Shown here: positions 28,203-37,651 of the stretch, in pieces | How positions within the stretch are numbered: position 1 is the stretch's first letter | How the letters are laid out: every line of letters begins with the position of its first letter | Program-made: the position numbers and the translations under genes | Assembly (NCBI GenBank): GCA_965217585.1 | Contig: OZ244561.1 | Span: 3,296,001 to 3,360,000, forward strand | Length of the DNA stretch: 64,000 nucleotides | Direction: 5' to 3' | Origin: Candidatus Latescibacterota bacterium | GTDB taxonomy: Bacteria > Latescibacterota > UBA2968 > UBA8231 | The notes under the pieces: model-generated | Database searches by the model: none | Told to the model about the DNA's origin: nothing | The model's input: the letters and a program-made list of their open reading frames with translations, nothing else

Positions 28203-28814
28203 GCTGGTGCAGCTTCGTGGAGTCAGCCTCGTACGATTGTTTAGCTGACTTCCTTCCTGACACAGGTCATGGGCGATCTTATTCCATTGGGAGAATTCGC
28301 ACTCATCATCTGCGTTCTCTCCCCCATAATGAAGGAACACTACATCCTTCAACGCTTGGTCTTCGATTACCTTTCTTGCCCGAATTACGCCTTCACGAAG
28401 ACATGGATGATGTACCTTCCACCACCCGTTGACATAGTAAGCCGTCCAGAGATAGTCGGATACAACTGTGACCCTTTCTCCTAAGACGGTGTTTTCCAAA
28501 CCGAGAATGACTCCGTCGAGTTCGGCGACTACGTTGTTGGCTAGGGTTTCTCGGTAGCCCGTAATTCGGTGCTCCTCAACGCCAAGACGGACAATCGCGG
28601 CTGCAAACCTGCCACCGCCGCCACCATCCGTGAAAATCCACGTCCGGCCTGGTTCCATCGCATTGTTGAGATGGAATCGAAAGGGCCACTTTCGTCCCTC
28701 GCGCTCTGCAGTCGATGGTCTCGTTGTCTCGACTTGAAAAGGAAATCTAGCGTCCATTTTCTGGTCAATTCCTACGCGTCGAAAACGCCTCTCAGGAGGT
28801 TTCGATCTCTCCAA
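28197..28814 (-). CDS. RNase HI-like protein (start uncertain)
   Basis: IFTDG, NNVVAEL, VSDY, WNKIAHDL. Confidence 0.7.
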   Translation of the reverse strand: MERSKPPERRFRRVGIDQKMDARFPFQVETTRPSTAEREGRKWPFRFHLNNAMEPGRTWIFTDGGGGGRFAAAIVRLGVEEHRITGYRETLANNVVAELDGVILGLENTVLGERVTVVSDYLWTAYYVNGWWKVHHPCLREGVIRARKVIEDQALKDVVFLHYGGENADDECEFSQWNKIAHDLCQEGSQLNNRTRLTPRSCTSA

Positions 28815-28825
28815 AGATCCTACGG

Positions 28826-29683
28826 TTAATCAAGGCGTTCGTGAAGCCAGTTGAGTATATCCTCGCTGTATTCTCTTGGCGGTAAATAATGTTCACTTTC
28901 ATACCAGATCTGCTGCTTGGGTTCTGGCATTGCGTTATAGAGCTCTTCGCCCAATTTACGACCATCCCCGGTCGCATTGACCATAAGTATTGGTGCGCTA
29001 ACTCGAGGGGCGAAATTCAGCGTATGGCTAAATCGAGCAAATGCATGATCTGTCGCCACTCCCGGCCAAGCACCGATTACGGTCAGAACGACAGTAGTGA
29101 ATCGGCTTTCAAGACCCGCTACGAGAGTACCGAAATAGCCGCCCATGCTCCCACCCATCAAGGCCACCTTGGTCGTGTCCACTTCTGGACGGGAAAACAA
29201 AAAGTCAATGCCCCGTCTCTGGTCGGTCACGGATTGAATGTTATCGCGGGCCACTTGTCCAGCCTTTTTCCGTTCGCCAAAGCCATAAAAATCAGCGACC
29301 AACACACACCACCCCTCGCGCGCGAGAATATCCATCCACTCGCGCTCCCAGTCCCCGTTCTTGCCCCAGAAATCGTTGGCCCCGTGAAGCAGCAGAACGG
29401 CTGGATAGCGCGTTGCGGTAGAATCTTTGGGATGAGTAAAGTAGGCGGGCACGCGCTCATTGTGAATACTACTAAATTCCACTTTTTCGATAATATACGG
29501 CAGCCTATGAGGCCAAACGCCTATAACAGATGTGTCCAGAGGCTGAGACTGGTCGTACCCGTAGTGGTCGGCAATCGTTGCGAACACCTCTTCGGATACA
29601 GGCTGACGATTGACAGCCACCTGCGGCTGGGCTTGGAGATTTGCTGAAACGGCCAAGCCCCCTAAAATCGGTAGGAGACGCAT
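28826..29683 (-). CDS. Secreted alpha/beta hydrolase (acetylxylan-esterase/dienelactone-hydrolase-like)
   Basis: Signal peptide MRLLPILGGLAVSANLQA; PAVLLLHG, GGSMGG, TGD, SEH. Confidence 0.82.
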   Translation of the reverse strand: MRLLPILGGLAVSANLQAQPQVAVNRQPVSEEVFATIADHYGYDQSQPLDTSVIGVWPHRLPYIIEKVEFSSIHNERVPAYFTHPKDSTATRYPAVLLLHGANDFWGKNGDWEREWMDILAREGWCVLVADFYGFGERKKAGQVARDNIQSVTDQRRGIDFLFSRPEVDTTKVALMGGSMGGYFGTLVAGLESRFTTVVLTVIGAWPGVATDHAFARFSHTLNFAPRVSAPILMVNATGDGRKLGEELYNAMPEPKQQIWYESEHYLPPREYSEDILNWLHERLD

Positions 29684-29988
29684 TTTATACACCTTTCTGT
29701 GGCTAATGGGGATTGAACAACTGTTGGGAGAACATACACTCTTTTTCGGTAAAGTTTTCCGATGCTGCGTAAATCGGGTTTACGTCTTTTGCCCTCCCAT
29801 TGATACCAAGCCCATAAAGGCAAAGACGTATTCTCAGACTCAGATTCTATTCGGTGTTCCATTTTCTTTGCCATCCACCTATAAGCATCGAGACACAGAT
29901 CCAATGAATATCTCTGATCGGCGAAAAGCACTTGTTCCCGCTGCAAGATCTTCCAAGCAGCAATAGATTGAATCGTCCAAAGCGTCAT
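29662..29988 (-). pseudogene. DUF3841-like protein, 3'-truncated
   Basis: MTLWTIQ...AYRWM...PLWAWYQW..KPDLR, after which similarity is lost. Confidence 0.65.
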
Positions 29989-30050
29989 AATTTGCGGAAT
30001 TTTGGTTTTTTTAGGGGTTTGAGCTAGGCCATACCAGTTAGACAAAATGC

Positions 30051-30827
30051 TCACGCGACCTCTGCCACCATCCACTGCATGGGGCGCCGCCGCATGACCC
30101 GTTTAAACGGGAGATTCCCCGGTTCAGCAAGGAAGCAGAGAATCTCACCGGATGTGGAGGGCAGTATCATTGCCACATGGAGGCCGTCGCGCCAGGTGCA
30201 CGGCCATTTCGGAGCGCCTAGCACAACGAGGTCGCAGTTGGACTGTACATGGCCATCGCGGATGAGCGGCTGCATCGTTGTGACAAACGAGATGTGCGAT
30301 GGCCCGTCAGTGGTATCCTCGGCCAAACCGAACAGTTGGCGGACTCCTACCTGAACCGAGTGTCCCCGCCGGACATGCTCTTTCAGTTCCTCCAGATTAC
30401 CGCGTACTCCATTGCCATCGGCATCGTGTTCGTAGACCGTACGCCAGCGGTCGCAGATAAACCACCGATATATCCCGTACGGATAGGCCTGGCTCTCATC
30501 CACGCGCACATCACGCCACATCCACTTCACGTGGCAGAAGGTTCCGGACTCGTCGTATTTGAAGATGCTGATGTATGGTTGCTGTATGTCTTGGCCGCGG
30601 TGTACATAGCTATGGTGGTGGCTCATGAGTCCTGCAAACGCGCCACCCACACCGGCATAAGTCTGCTGGAAATAGAGCGTTTCCTCGTACCGATCTGTGG
30701 TCATGTAAAGCCTGAGATCTGCGCCTCGGCGTACCCCTGCCGCCAACTCGGACACCGCGCCATAGGATGAGGTCAGGTCCGTCTGCTGTTCAAGGGCAAG
30801 CGTCCAGTCGTGTCCCATTGTTCGCAT
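30051..30827 (-). CDS. Hypothetical protein with an internally duplicated domain
   Basis: Two repeats GAVSELAAGVRRGADLRL / GNLEELKEHVRRGHSVQV; TAATG overlap with upstream stop. Confidence 0.7.
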   Translation of the reverse strand: MRTMGHDWTLALEQQTDLTSSYGAVSELAAGVRRGADLRLYMTTDRYEETLYFQQTYAGVGGAFAGLMSHHHSYVHRGQDIQQPYISIFKYDESGTFCHVKWMWRDVRVDESQAYPYGIYRWFICDRWRTVYEHDADGNGVRGNLEELKEHVRRGHSVQVGVRQLFGLAEDTTDGPSHISFVTTMQPLIRDGHVQSNCDLVVLGAPKWPCTWRDGLHVAMILPSTSGEILCFLAEPGNLPFKRVMRRRPMQWMVAEVA

Positions 30828-31633
30828 TACTGGCTGAGGCACACCCGTTGCTGAGTGGCAATTTCCTTTTCATGGGTATAGTGCGCCGATTCGACCAATT
30901 CGCGCGTTTCGGGTGCCAGCCGCTCTTTGACCGCCGCCGGAATGGGGCCGGCCTGGCGGTGGTGTGGCCGGTAGCGCAGCGTCAGCACCCGGCGCTGGCG
31001 GTCGGCGGATTTCCAGGGCAGGACCCCGTGGGTCATGCATTCAGGCATAACCACCACATCCCCGGCCGCGGGCGTGATATTGATGACCCCCGGCGGTACC
31101 TCCCCTTCGATGAGACCCTGGGAAAATAACTGCGGCGGCCGGTCAAACTGGACTTTGTGCGAACCCGGCACCACTAGTAGCCCGCCATCACCGGGATGCA
31201 CATCGTCCAAGTAGGGAAACGCCACAAAGTCGTCGCAGTAGATACGGCCCTGGCGTACCTCGTAACGGGCGCTCTCAAAGCCGTAGTCTTCGCGGGCGCA
31301 GTGCAGCGGCACCGCCTCGGTGTGTCCGTCGGGATCGTCGACCATCAGGGTACCGCTGGCGAGCATGGGTTTGCCGTTGGTCAGCTCCAGCACGATGGGC
31401 CAGACTGCAGGCAGAAAGACCAGCTTTTCTAGCGCCCGGTCGAAGGCGAAGCCGTGAGCAAAGCCCTTGAGATTTTTTGATTGTCCGAAATGCGGCGGCA
31501 GGTCTTCCGGTGCGCTGCCGATGTAGCGCCTGACGGCCTCCGAAGCCGCATCTAGTTCCTCCGGAGTCAGGGCGTTCTTCAGGTGCAGAAAACCGCATAG
31601 ATCAAAAAGATAGCGTTGTTCTTCGGTCATCAT
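30827..31633 (-). CDS. Phytanoyl-CoA dioxygenase (PhyH) family protein
   Basis: EQRYLFDLCGFL, LHC, YLDDVHPGDGGLLVVPGSHK, AGDVVV...THG. Confidence 0.88.
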   Translation of the reverse strand: MMTEEQRYLFDLCGFLHLKNALTPEELDAASEAVRRYIGSAPEDLPPHFGQSKNLKGFAHGFAFDRALEKLVFLPAVWPIVLELTNGKPMLASGTLMVDDPDGHTEAVPLHCAREDYGFESARYEVRQGRIYCDDFVAFPYLDDVHPGDGGLLVVPGSHKVQFDRPPQLFSQGLIEGEVPPGVINITPAAGDVVVMPECMTHGVLPWKSADRQRRVLTLRYRPHHRQAGPIPAAVKERLAPETRELVESAHYTHEKEIATQQRVCLSQ

Positions 31634-31635
31634 CG

Positions 31636-31710
31636 TCAGCCTTGCCTTTCGTCAGAATAGCGAACTTGGACCCCGTTAGAATCAAAGAAGCTGTTTTCCG
31701 TTGTTGTCAT
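31636..31710 (-). pseudogene. 24-codon N-terminal remnant of an alpha/beta hydrolase
   Basis: MTTTENSFFDSNGVQVRYSDERQG* resembles the FDSNGVxIxYxDxGxG start of alpha/beta hydrolases. Confidence 0.5.
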
Positions 31711-31921
31711 AGTCCCACCTATAGCATGATGCTATTTATGCGAAACGAAGGTACATCGCTCGGTACACAGTCGCAATCGCAACGAGCGGCCAGATCCCTA
31801 GATGCGGCGGGCTACGCGGCGGATGGTTGACGCACTGGCACACATGGGGCCGTCCCTCCATCCGGCGCTTCCTAAACTCAGCACTTGCACAACGCGTTTG
31901 TTGACGTTAACAGTTCTGTGG

Positions 31922-33095
31922 GGCTTTGGTGCATGAATCGGTGTTTTTTCGGTTGCTCGTTTGAATAAAAACAGGCTCCTCAGTAGATTGAGCACGACTC
32001 TCGCTAAAAAACCCATGCCTTCTCTTCCAAGGAACCTGTCATGTCCAACGTATCGTCTTGCCCGTCTTCGGTCAAGCCCTGTCGCCGTCGCTCGAAGGTC
32101 GGGTATCGGGTGCGTAATTGGCCGGACTACGATGCGGGGCTACAACAGCGCGGTAGCTTGACCGTGTGGTTCACGCCCCAAGCGGTCGAAGCGTGGTATT
32201 ATCAAGGGCCGCCCCAACGGGGGGCCCAATATACCTTTTCGGATGGTGCCATCCAAACGGCGTTGACGCTGCGGCTTTTGTATCACTTGCCGCTGCGCCA
32301 AACCGAGGGGTTCGTCGCTTCGGTGTTGGCCTTGATGGGCTTGGCGGTACGGGTGCCGGATCACACGACCCTATCGCGGCGTCAGGCCGACTTGGCGGTG
32401 GCGATGCCTACACAGCCCAAGGATCAACCCCTGCACTTGGTCGTCGACGCGACGGGGTTGAAGGTGTATGGCGAAGGCGAGTGGAAGGTGCGTCAGCACG
32501 GCTGGAACAAGCGGCGCACGTGGCGCAAATTGCACCTCGGCGTGGATGAAGCCACCGGCGAGATCGTTGCACAGACCTTGACGACGAATAGCCAAGATGA
32601 TGCGGGGCAGGTCGAGCCGTTGCTGGATCAAGTCGAAGCCCCCATCGGAGCGGTGGGCGGGGATGGAGCCTATGATCGGCGCAAGGTGTTTGAGGCGTTG
32701 GCCGCGCCAGACCGGGGCCCGCCGATGCGTCCGATCATTCCGCCGCGCAAAGACGCCAAGATTGAGCAACATGGCAACCGCAAAGCCGAGCCGTTGCCGC
32801 GCGATGAGACGATCCGAACCATCCGTAAACGGGGCCGTCGAACGTGGAAAAAAACCAGCGGCTATCATCGCCGCTCCATCGTCGAAACCCAGATCGGCCG
32901 CTACAAACAGATCCTCGGCGACACCTTGCGTGCCCGAACCCTACCCCACCAACAGACCGAAACACGGGTGGGCTGTGCCGTGCTCAACCGGATGCGGGCG
33001 TTGGCCAAACCCGAGTCCTATCCGATAACCAAAAAAGCATAAATCACACGAGACAGGGGGCAACACGGCCCCGCCGGTTTTCATGCAACAAAGCC
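31922..33095 (+). mobile_element. IS5 family (IS903 group) element
   Basis: TIR GGCTTTGGTGCATGAA / TTCATGCAACAAAGCC (15/16); 9-bp TSD GTTCTGTGG at 31913-31921 and 33096-33104. Confidence 0.95.
32041..33042 (+). CDS. IS903-group transposase
   Basis: YRVRNWPDY..RGSLTVW, LPLRQTEG, VDATGLKVYGEGEW, WRKLHL, DGAYD, YHRRSIVET. Confidence 0.95.
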   Translation: MSNVSSCPSSVKPCRRRSKVGYRVRNWPDYDAGLQQRGSLTVWFTPQAVEAWYYQGPPQRGAQYTFSDGAIQTALTLRLLYHLPLRQTEGFVASVLALMGLAVRVPDHTTLSRRQADLAVAMPTQPKDQPLHLVVDATGLKVYGEGEWKVRQHGWNKRRTWRKLHLGVDEATGEIVAQTLTTNSQDDAGQVEPLLDQVEAPIGAVGGDGAYDRRKVFEALAAPDRGPPMRPIIPPRKDAKIEQHGNRKAEPLPRDETIRTIRKRGRRTWKKTSGYHRRSIVETQIGRYKQILGDTLRARTLPHQQTETRVGCAVLNRMRALAKPESYPITKKA

Positions 33096-33101
33096 GTTCT
33101 G

Positions 33102-33110
33102 TGGTATAAT
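33102..33110 (+). promoter_or_regulatory. Extended -10 promoter element (TGnTATAAT)
   Basis: TGGTATAAT about 35 bp upstream of the 33145 ATG. Confidence 0.6.
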
Positions 33111-33144
33111 CATAATACTTGAAATGCAGAGGGTATCTTAAAAT

Positions 33145-33573
33145 ATGAGCGAAACTCTTCCCGTAATCGTGTACGACGGCGAATGCCGTTTCTGCCTGTG
33201 GAGCGTTGGCCGCATTCGCCGCTTTGACCGCAACGGTCGCTTCGAGTATCTGCCGCGCCAAACGGCCGGCATCGAAGAGCGGTTTCCGGTCCTCTCCCAT
33301 TCCGACTTTGATACGGGCCTGCGCCTCATTCACGCTGGCGGACAGGTCGATGTCGGAGCCGATGCTGTGTACCAGATTTACCGCCGGCTTCCTCCTTGGC
33401 ACCTGTTCATCGGGGTGTACCGCATTCCGGGACTGAAGCAGCTATTTCGCGCTGGCTACGGCCTTATCGCGCGCAATCGGCATCGGTTCGGCAGGGTCGA
33501 ATGCGCCGATGAGGCGTGCGAACTCCCGTACGGCGAGCGGCACAAGGGCACCTCTGAGTCGGCGTCTGCCTGA
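33145..33573 (+). CDS. DCC1-like thiol-disulfide oxidoreductase (DUF393)
   Basis: VYDGECRFC, GADA, YGLIARNRHR. Confidence 0.9.
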   Translation: MSETLPVIVYDGECRFCLWSVGRIRRFDRNGRFEYLPRQTAGIEERFPVLSHSDFDTGLRLIHAGGQVDVGADAVYQIYRRLPPWHLFIGVYRIPGLKQLFRAGYGLIARNRHRFGRVECADEACELPYGERHKGTSESASA

Positions 33574-33581
33574 TTGTCCCT

Positions 33582-34916
33582 ATGACTGCCCGCAACGTCC
33601 TATTCCTCATTGCCGACGACTGGAGTCGCATCGCCGGCTGCTACGGCAATAGCGTCGTCCGCACGCCCCGCATTGACGCATTCGCCGGCGAAGGCGCGAT
33701 CTTCGACCAAGCCTTCTGCACCAGTCCTTCGTGCGCGGTCAGCCGCGCCTGCATCCTCACCGGATATCACAGCCACACCCACGGCCAGTACGGCCACTGC
33801 CACGGCATCCACGGCTTCTCGACTCACCCCCATATTACCTCCACGCCTTCCAGCCTTAAGGAGCACGGCTACGCTACGGCCTGCATCGGCAAAAAGCACG
33901 TAGAACCGCCCAGCGTGTATCCGTTCGACTTTGAGCCTGAAGTCAATGCCAGAAATGGCGTCGAATTGGCCCGCGCCGTGCGCGACTTTTGGGCCGCTCA
34001 TCCCGACCAGCCGTTCTATATGCACGTGGGGTTTTCCGACCCGCACCGCGCAGGTCGGGGTTTTGGCAATGAGCGCACCTATCTAGATGTACCCGAAACT
34101 CCGTATAGCCCCGACGACGTGGTGGTGCCGCCCTATCTGCCCGATGTGCCCGACGTGCGCGCCGATCTCGCCGAGTACTATCAGGCAGTCTCCCGCTTCG
34201 ACTTTGGCGTGGGCTGTTTGCTCGACGCACTGGAGGAATCGGGCCGGGCCGAGGAGACCTTGGTCATCGTCACTACGGACCACGCCATGCCCTTCCCCGG
34301 GGCTAAGGCATCTTTCTTCGACAGCGGCCACCACTGTCCTTTTATCCTGCGGGCACCGGGCATCGCCTCTCCCGGCACTCGTAGTCAGGCACTCGTCAAT
34401 TGGACCGATATCCGTCCCACCTTGCACGAATGGTGCGGAGTACCCGCCCCCGAGGATTTGCCGGGCCGCTCCCTCCTGCCGGGCCTAGCCGATCCGTCCG
34501 TCCCCGACTGGGAGTACACGTTCTTTTCGCACTGCTTTCACGAGGTGGTCGATTACAATCCCTATCGGGTGCTGCGCGGACGGCGCTACAAATTCGTGCG
34601 CAACTTGGCCGCTGGTCTCACCACCCTGCTGCCCACGGATCTGTTCCGCTCGACCACCTGGACGGCGGTGCGGCGCGACGCGATTCCCACCATGGGCCAG
34701 CGTCCCACTCGCCACGTGCTCACGCGTACTCCCGAGGAGTTATACGATCTGGAGGCTGATCCCACCGAAAGCGTCAATCGGATCGACGACCCCCACTTGC
34801 AGGAAGTAGTCGCCCAGATGCGCACCCAACTCTACCAGTTCCGCCGCGACACGGCCGACCCTTGGCTGGAAGTGGATTTCCAGGAGGGGCGCATCGATCG
34901 CCTCGAACCTAGATGA
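33582..34916 (+). CDS. Sulfatase (sulfamidase-like)
   Basis: NVLFLIADD, CAVSR, GKKH, DPHR, TTDH, EELYDLEADP. Confidence 0.92.
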   Translation: MTARNVLFLIADDWSRIAGCYGNSVVRTPRIDAFAGEGAIFDQAFCTSPSCAVSRACILTGYHSHTHGQYGHCHGIHGFSTHPHITSTPSSLKEHGYATACIGKKHVEPPSVYPFDFEPEVNARNGVELARAVRDFWAAHPDQPFYMHVGFSDPHRAGRGFGNERTYLDVPETPYSPDDVVVPPYLPDVPDVRADLAEYYQAVSRFDFGVGCLLDALEESGRAEETLVIVTTDHAMPFPGAKASFFDSGHHCPFILRAPGIASPGTRSQALVNWTDIRPTLHEWCGVPAPEDLPGRSLLPGLADPSVPDWEYTFFSHCFHEVVDYNPYRVLRGRRYKFVRNLAAGLTTLLPTDLFRSTTWTAVRRDAIPTMGQRPTRHVLTRTPEELYDLEADPTESVNRIDDPHLQEVVAQMRTQLYQFRRDTADPWLEVDFQEGRIDRLEPR

Positions 34917-34957
34917 CCCAAGCGGTGCTACTGCCGACGCTCTGCTCCTAATGAGAA

Positions 34958-34997
34958 AAGCCTCTTGCCAGCTAGCGTCTGGCAGGCTTCCCTTTTA
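34958..34997 (+). terminator. Probable intrinsic terminator after the sulfatase
   Basis: AAGCC..TGCCAG / CTGGCA.GGCTT stem followed by CCCTTTT. Confidence 0.4.
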
Positions 34998-35062
34998 GCC
35001 TCCGCTCACTTGAGGAAATTTTTGTAGGCGACGTAGCCTTAAATTTTATTTATATTAGTGAA

Positions 35063-35076
35063 TGGTAACGTTTTCA
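35063..35076. promoter_or_regulatory. LacI/GalR-type (cre-like) operator
   Basis: TGGTAACGTTTTCA; revcomp TGAAAACGTTACCA fits TGWAARCGYTWNCA, in an AT-rich promoter region. Confidence 0.5.
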
Positions 35077-35154
35077 TTAGCGCCTCCAAAATTAGGGTCA
35101 GTACATATATAATTCCCCTCACTTGAGCATTGCTCATCCCAGAGAGGTATCCCA

Positions 35155-37563
35155 ATGAACGTGCGCTCTAGCTTTACTGCATTGGTCTTATTGCTGGGAG
35201 CCGTAGCGGCCTCGGCCCAACAAGGCTCATCCGTAGCTGACAGGACCCTAGCTCCCTTCTTCTTCGTCGATACCGACGATCCGTCAGTGGACCAACTGCC
35301 GCTCAAATCGGTGGCTGCCCAAGTTCACATTGCCGGGGTCATCGCCGACGTGACCATCGAGCAGGTGTACCGCAACGAAGGCACCCGCCCGCTCGAAGCT
35401 ATTTACATATTCCCGGCCTCGACCCGGGCCGCGGTGTACGGCATGGTGATGCACACTGGCGACCGCGAAATCATCGCCGAAATCCGCGAGCGCGAGCAGG
35501 CTCGTCGGGAATACGAGGAGGCGCGCGAGCAGGGCCAGACCGCTTCCCTGCTCGAACAGGAGCGCCCCAACGTCTTCAAGATGAACGTGGCCAATATCCT
35601 GCCGGGCGACTCCATTGCCGTGCGCCTATCCTATACGGAACTATTGGTGCCCACGGAAAAACAGTACGAATTCGTCCTGCCCACTGTGGTCGGTCCGCGC
35701 TATTCCCCCGAGGCGGTCAATGAAATTCTGGCCCCGGGCGGGGCCGAGCGCATTCCCTATTTACACGAGGGCGAAGATCCCAACTACACCTATGCGATCG
35801 AGATGAGCTTGGCCGCTGGCCTACCCATCCAGGCCTACGACTGCCCCACCCACGAAGTGGTCGTCGAAGAGGACACCCCGGATGAATTGCGCCTGACTTT
35901 GGATCCGGCGGGCGGTTTTGGCGGCAACCGCGATTTCATCCTGCACTACCAGCTAGCCGGCCAACAGGTCGAGTCGGGGCTGCTGTTGTACGAGGGGGAA
36001 GAGGAGAATTTCTTTTTACTCATGGCCCAGCCGCCCGCCCGTCCAGAGCTGAGCCAGATCCCGCCGCGCGAATATATCTTTGTGATCGATGTATCCGGCT
36101 CCATGAGGGGCTTCCCCCTCACGGTGTCAAAGGGCCTGATGAAAAATCTGCTCGGCCAATTGCGCCCTGAGGATCGCTTTAACGTCGTCCTCTTCGCCGG
36201 CGCGGCGGCGGTTTTGAGCCCCAGCTCGCTGCCGGCCACTCAGGAAAATCTTGACCAAGCTTGGGCTCTCATTGACGGTCAAGAGGGCGGCGGCGGCACC
36301 GAGTTGCTTATCGGGCTCCGCAGTGCTTTCAACCTGCCTTTGGCCGGGGAGGGCTATGCTCGCATCGTCGCGGTGGTCACCGATGGTAAGGTCAGCTTTG
36401 AAGCAGCCGCCTTTAAGCTGGTGCGCCAGCGCTTGGGTCAAGCCAGCGTATTTGCCTTTGGCATTGGCTCGTCGGTCAACCGCTTCCTCATCGAGGGCCT
36501 CGCCCGTGCGGGCCAAGGCGAGCCTTTTGTGGTGATTGAAGAGGGGCTAGCGCCCGACGAGGCCGCTCGCTTCCAATCGTATATCAGCACCCCCATCCTC
36601 ACTCAGGTAGAGGCGGGATTCGAAGGCTTTGACGCTTATGAAGTGGAACCGGCCTTCATCCCCGATATGCTGGCTGACCGGCCGATCGTCGTTTTTGGCA
36701 AGTGGCGCGGCGCGGCCGCGGGCACTGTGCTGTTGGGAGGTCGCACCGGCGACCAAGCATACAGCGCCCAATTCGACGTATCCGCCTTCCAAGCCCAGCC
36801 CACCAACAAGGCCCTGCGCTATTTGTGGGCCCGCCATCGGATTGACCAACTGAGCGATGATGTGCAGGCTGGTTCCCGCGACGACCTGCGTCCCCAGATC
36901 ACGCAGCTAGGCTTGGACTACAACCTGCTAACCGAGTACACCTCCTTTATTGCCATTGACCGCCGTATCCGCAACGAGGACGGCTTGGAGACCGTGTCGG
37001 TGCCCTTGCCTCTGCCGGAAGGCACCGAGGACTCGGCGGTGGGTGACTCGTACGCTGCTACTGCAGTGGAGGACGAATCTGAAATGGCGACTTGGCTCGG
37101 CCGGTCTTTTTACCGTCAAGACGCGCTGTGGGTCGATGTAGCGTTCCAGTTGGGCATGCCCATCGTCGAGGTCGGCTTCGACGCTCTACCCCCGGACGCG
37201 TTGGCTCCTTTTGTTGGGTTGGGTCTGGATATGGTGGTGGTGATTGAGGGACAAGCGTACCGGTTGCATGCCGAGGCCGCCCGTCCCTTCCTGCAGCAGA
37301 ACGCGCCCAACCCCTTTAATGCTTCCACGGTAATCTCCTTCCAAATCCCCGCCAACATGGCCGGTCCTACGCGCTTGGTCATCTACAACCTAACCGGCCA
37401 GATCGTGCGCGTGCTGACCGATGGCCATCTTAGGTCTGGGGCGCACGTACTGGCTTGGGACGGCAAGGACGGAAGAGGCCAAGAGGCGGCCAGCGGGGTC
37501 TATATCTACCGCTTGGAAGGAACCTCCTTCGCCATCACTCGCCGCATGATGTTGCTGCGGTAA
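35155..37563 (+). CDS. Secreted VIT + vWA domain protein with C-terminal FlgD-Ig/secretion sorting domain
   Basis: Signal peptide; LEAIYIFP (VIT); DVSGSM, GGT, TDG (MIDAS); QNAPNPFN...IYNLTGQ...WDG...ASGVYIYRL. Confidence 0.9.
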   Translation: MNVRSSFTALVLLLGAVAASAQQGSSVADRTLAPFFFVDTDDPSVDQLPLKSVAAQVHIAGVIADVTIEQVYRNEGTRPLEAIYIFPASTRAAVYGMVMHTGDREIIAEIREREQARREYEEAREQGQTASLLEQERPNVFKMNVANILPGDSIAVRLSYTELLVPTEKQYEFVLPTVVGPRYSPEAVNEILAPGGAERIPYLHEGEDPNYTYAIEMSLAAGLPIQAYDCPTHEVVVEEDTPDELRLTLDPAGGFGGNRDFILHYQLAGQQVESGLLLYEGEEENFFLLMAQPPARPELSQIPPREYIFVIDVSGSMRGFPLTVSKGLMKNLLGQLRPEDRFNVVLFAGAAAVLSPSSLPATQENLDQAWALIDGQEGGGGTELLIGLRSAFNLPLAGEGYARIVAVVTDGKVSFEAAAFKLVRQRLGQASVFAFGIGSSVNRFLIEGLARAGQGEPFVVIEEGLAPDEAARFQSYISTPILTQVEAGFEGFDAYEVEPAFIPDMLADRPIVVFGKWRGAAAGTVLLGGRTGDQAYSAQFDVSAFQAQPTNKALRYLWARHRIDQLSDDVQAGSRDDLRPQITQLGLDYNLLTEYTSFIAIDRRIRNEDGLETVSVPLPLPEGTEDSAVGDSYAATAVEDESEMATWLGRSFYRQDALWVDVAFQLGMPIVEVGFDALPPDALAPFVGLGLDMVVVIEGQAYRLHAEAARPFLQQNAPNPFNASTVISFQIPANMAGPTRLVIYNLTGQIVRVLTDGHLRSGAHVLAWDGKDGRGQEAASGVYIYRLEGTSFAITRRMMLLR

Positions 37564-37651
37564 AATCAGCGCTGAAAGGGCCGCCCGCGACTGGATGTGC
37601 ATCCGGCTGCGGGCGGCCTATCGAGGTATCTCTGTGGCTGGTCGGACCGAC

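Noticed and set aside
33722-33750. Sulfatase inactive because the motif is CAVSR rather than CxPxR
   Set aside because: The Cys, Arg and other active-site motifs are retained, and variation at the Pro position is known in sulfatases; not enough to call it inactive
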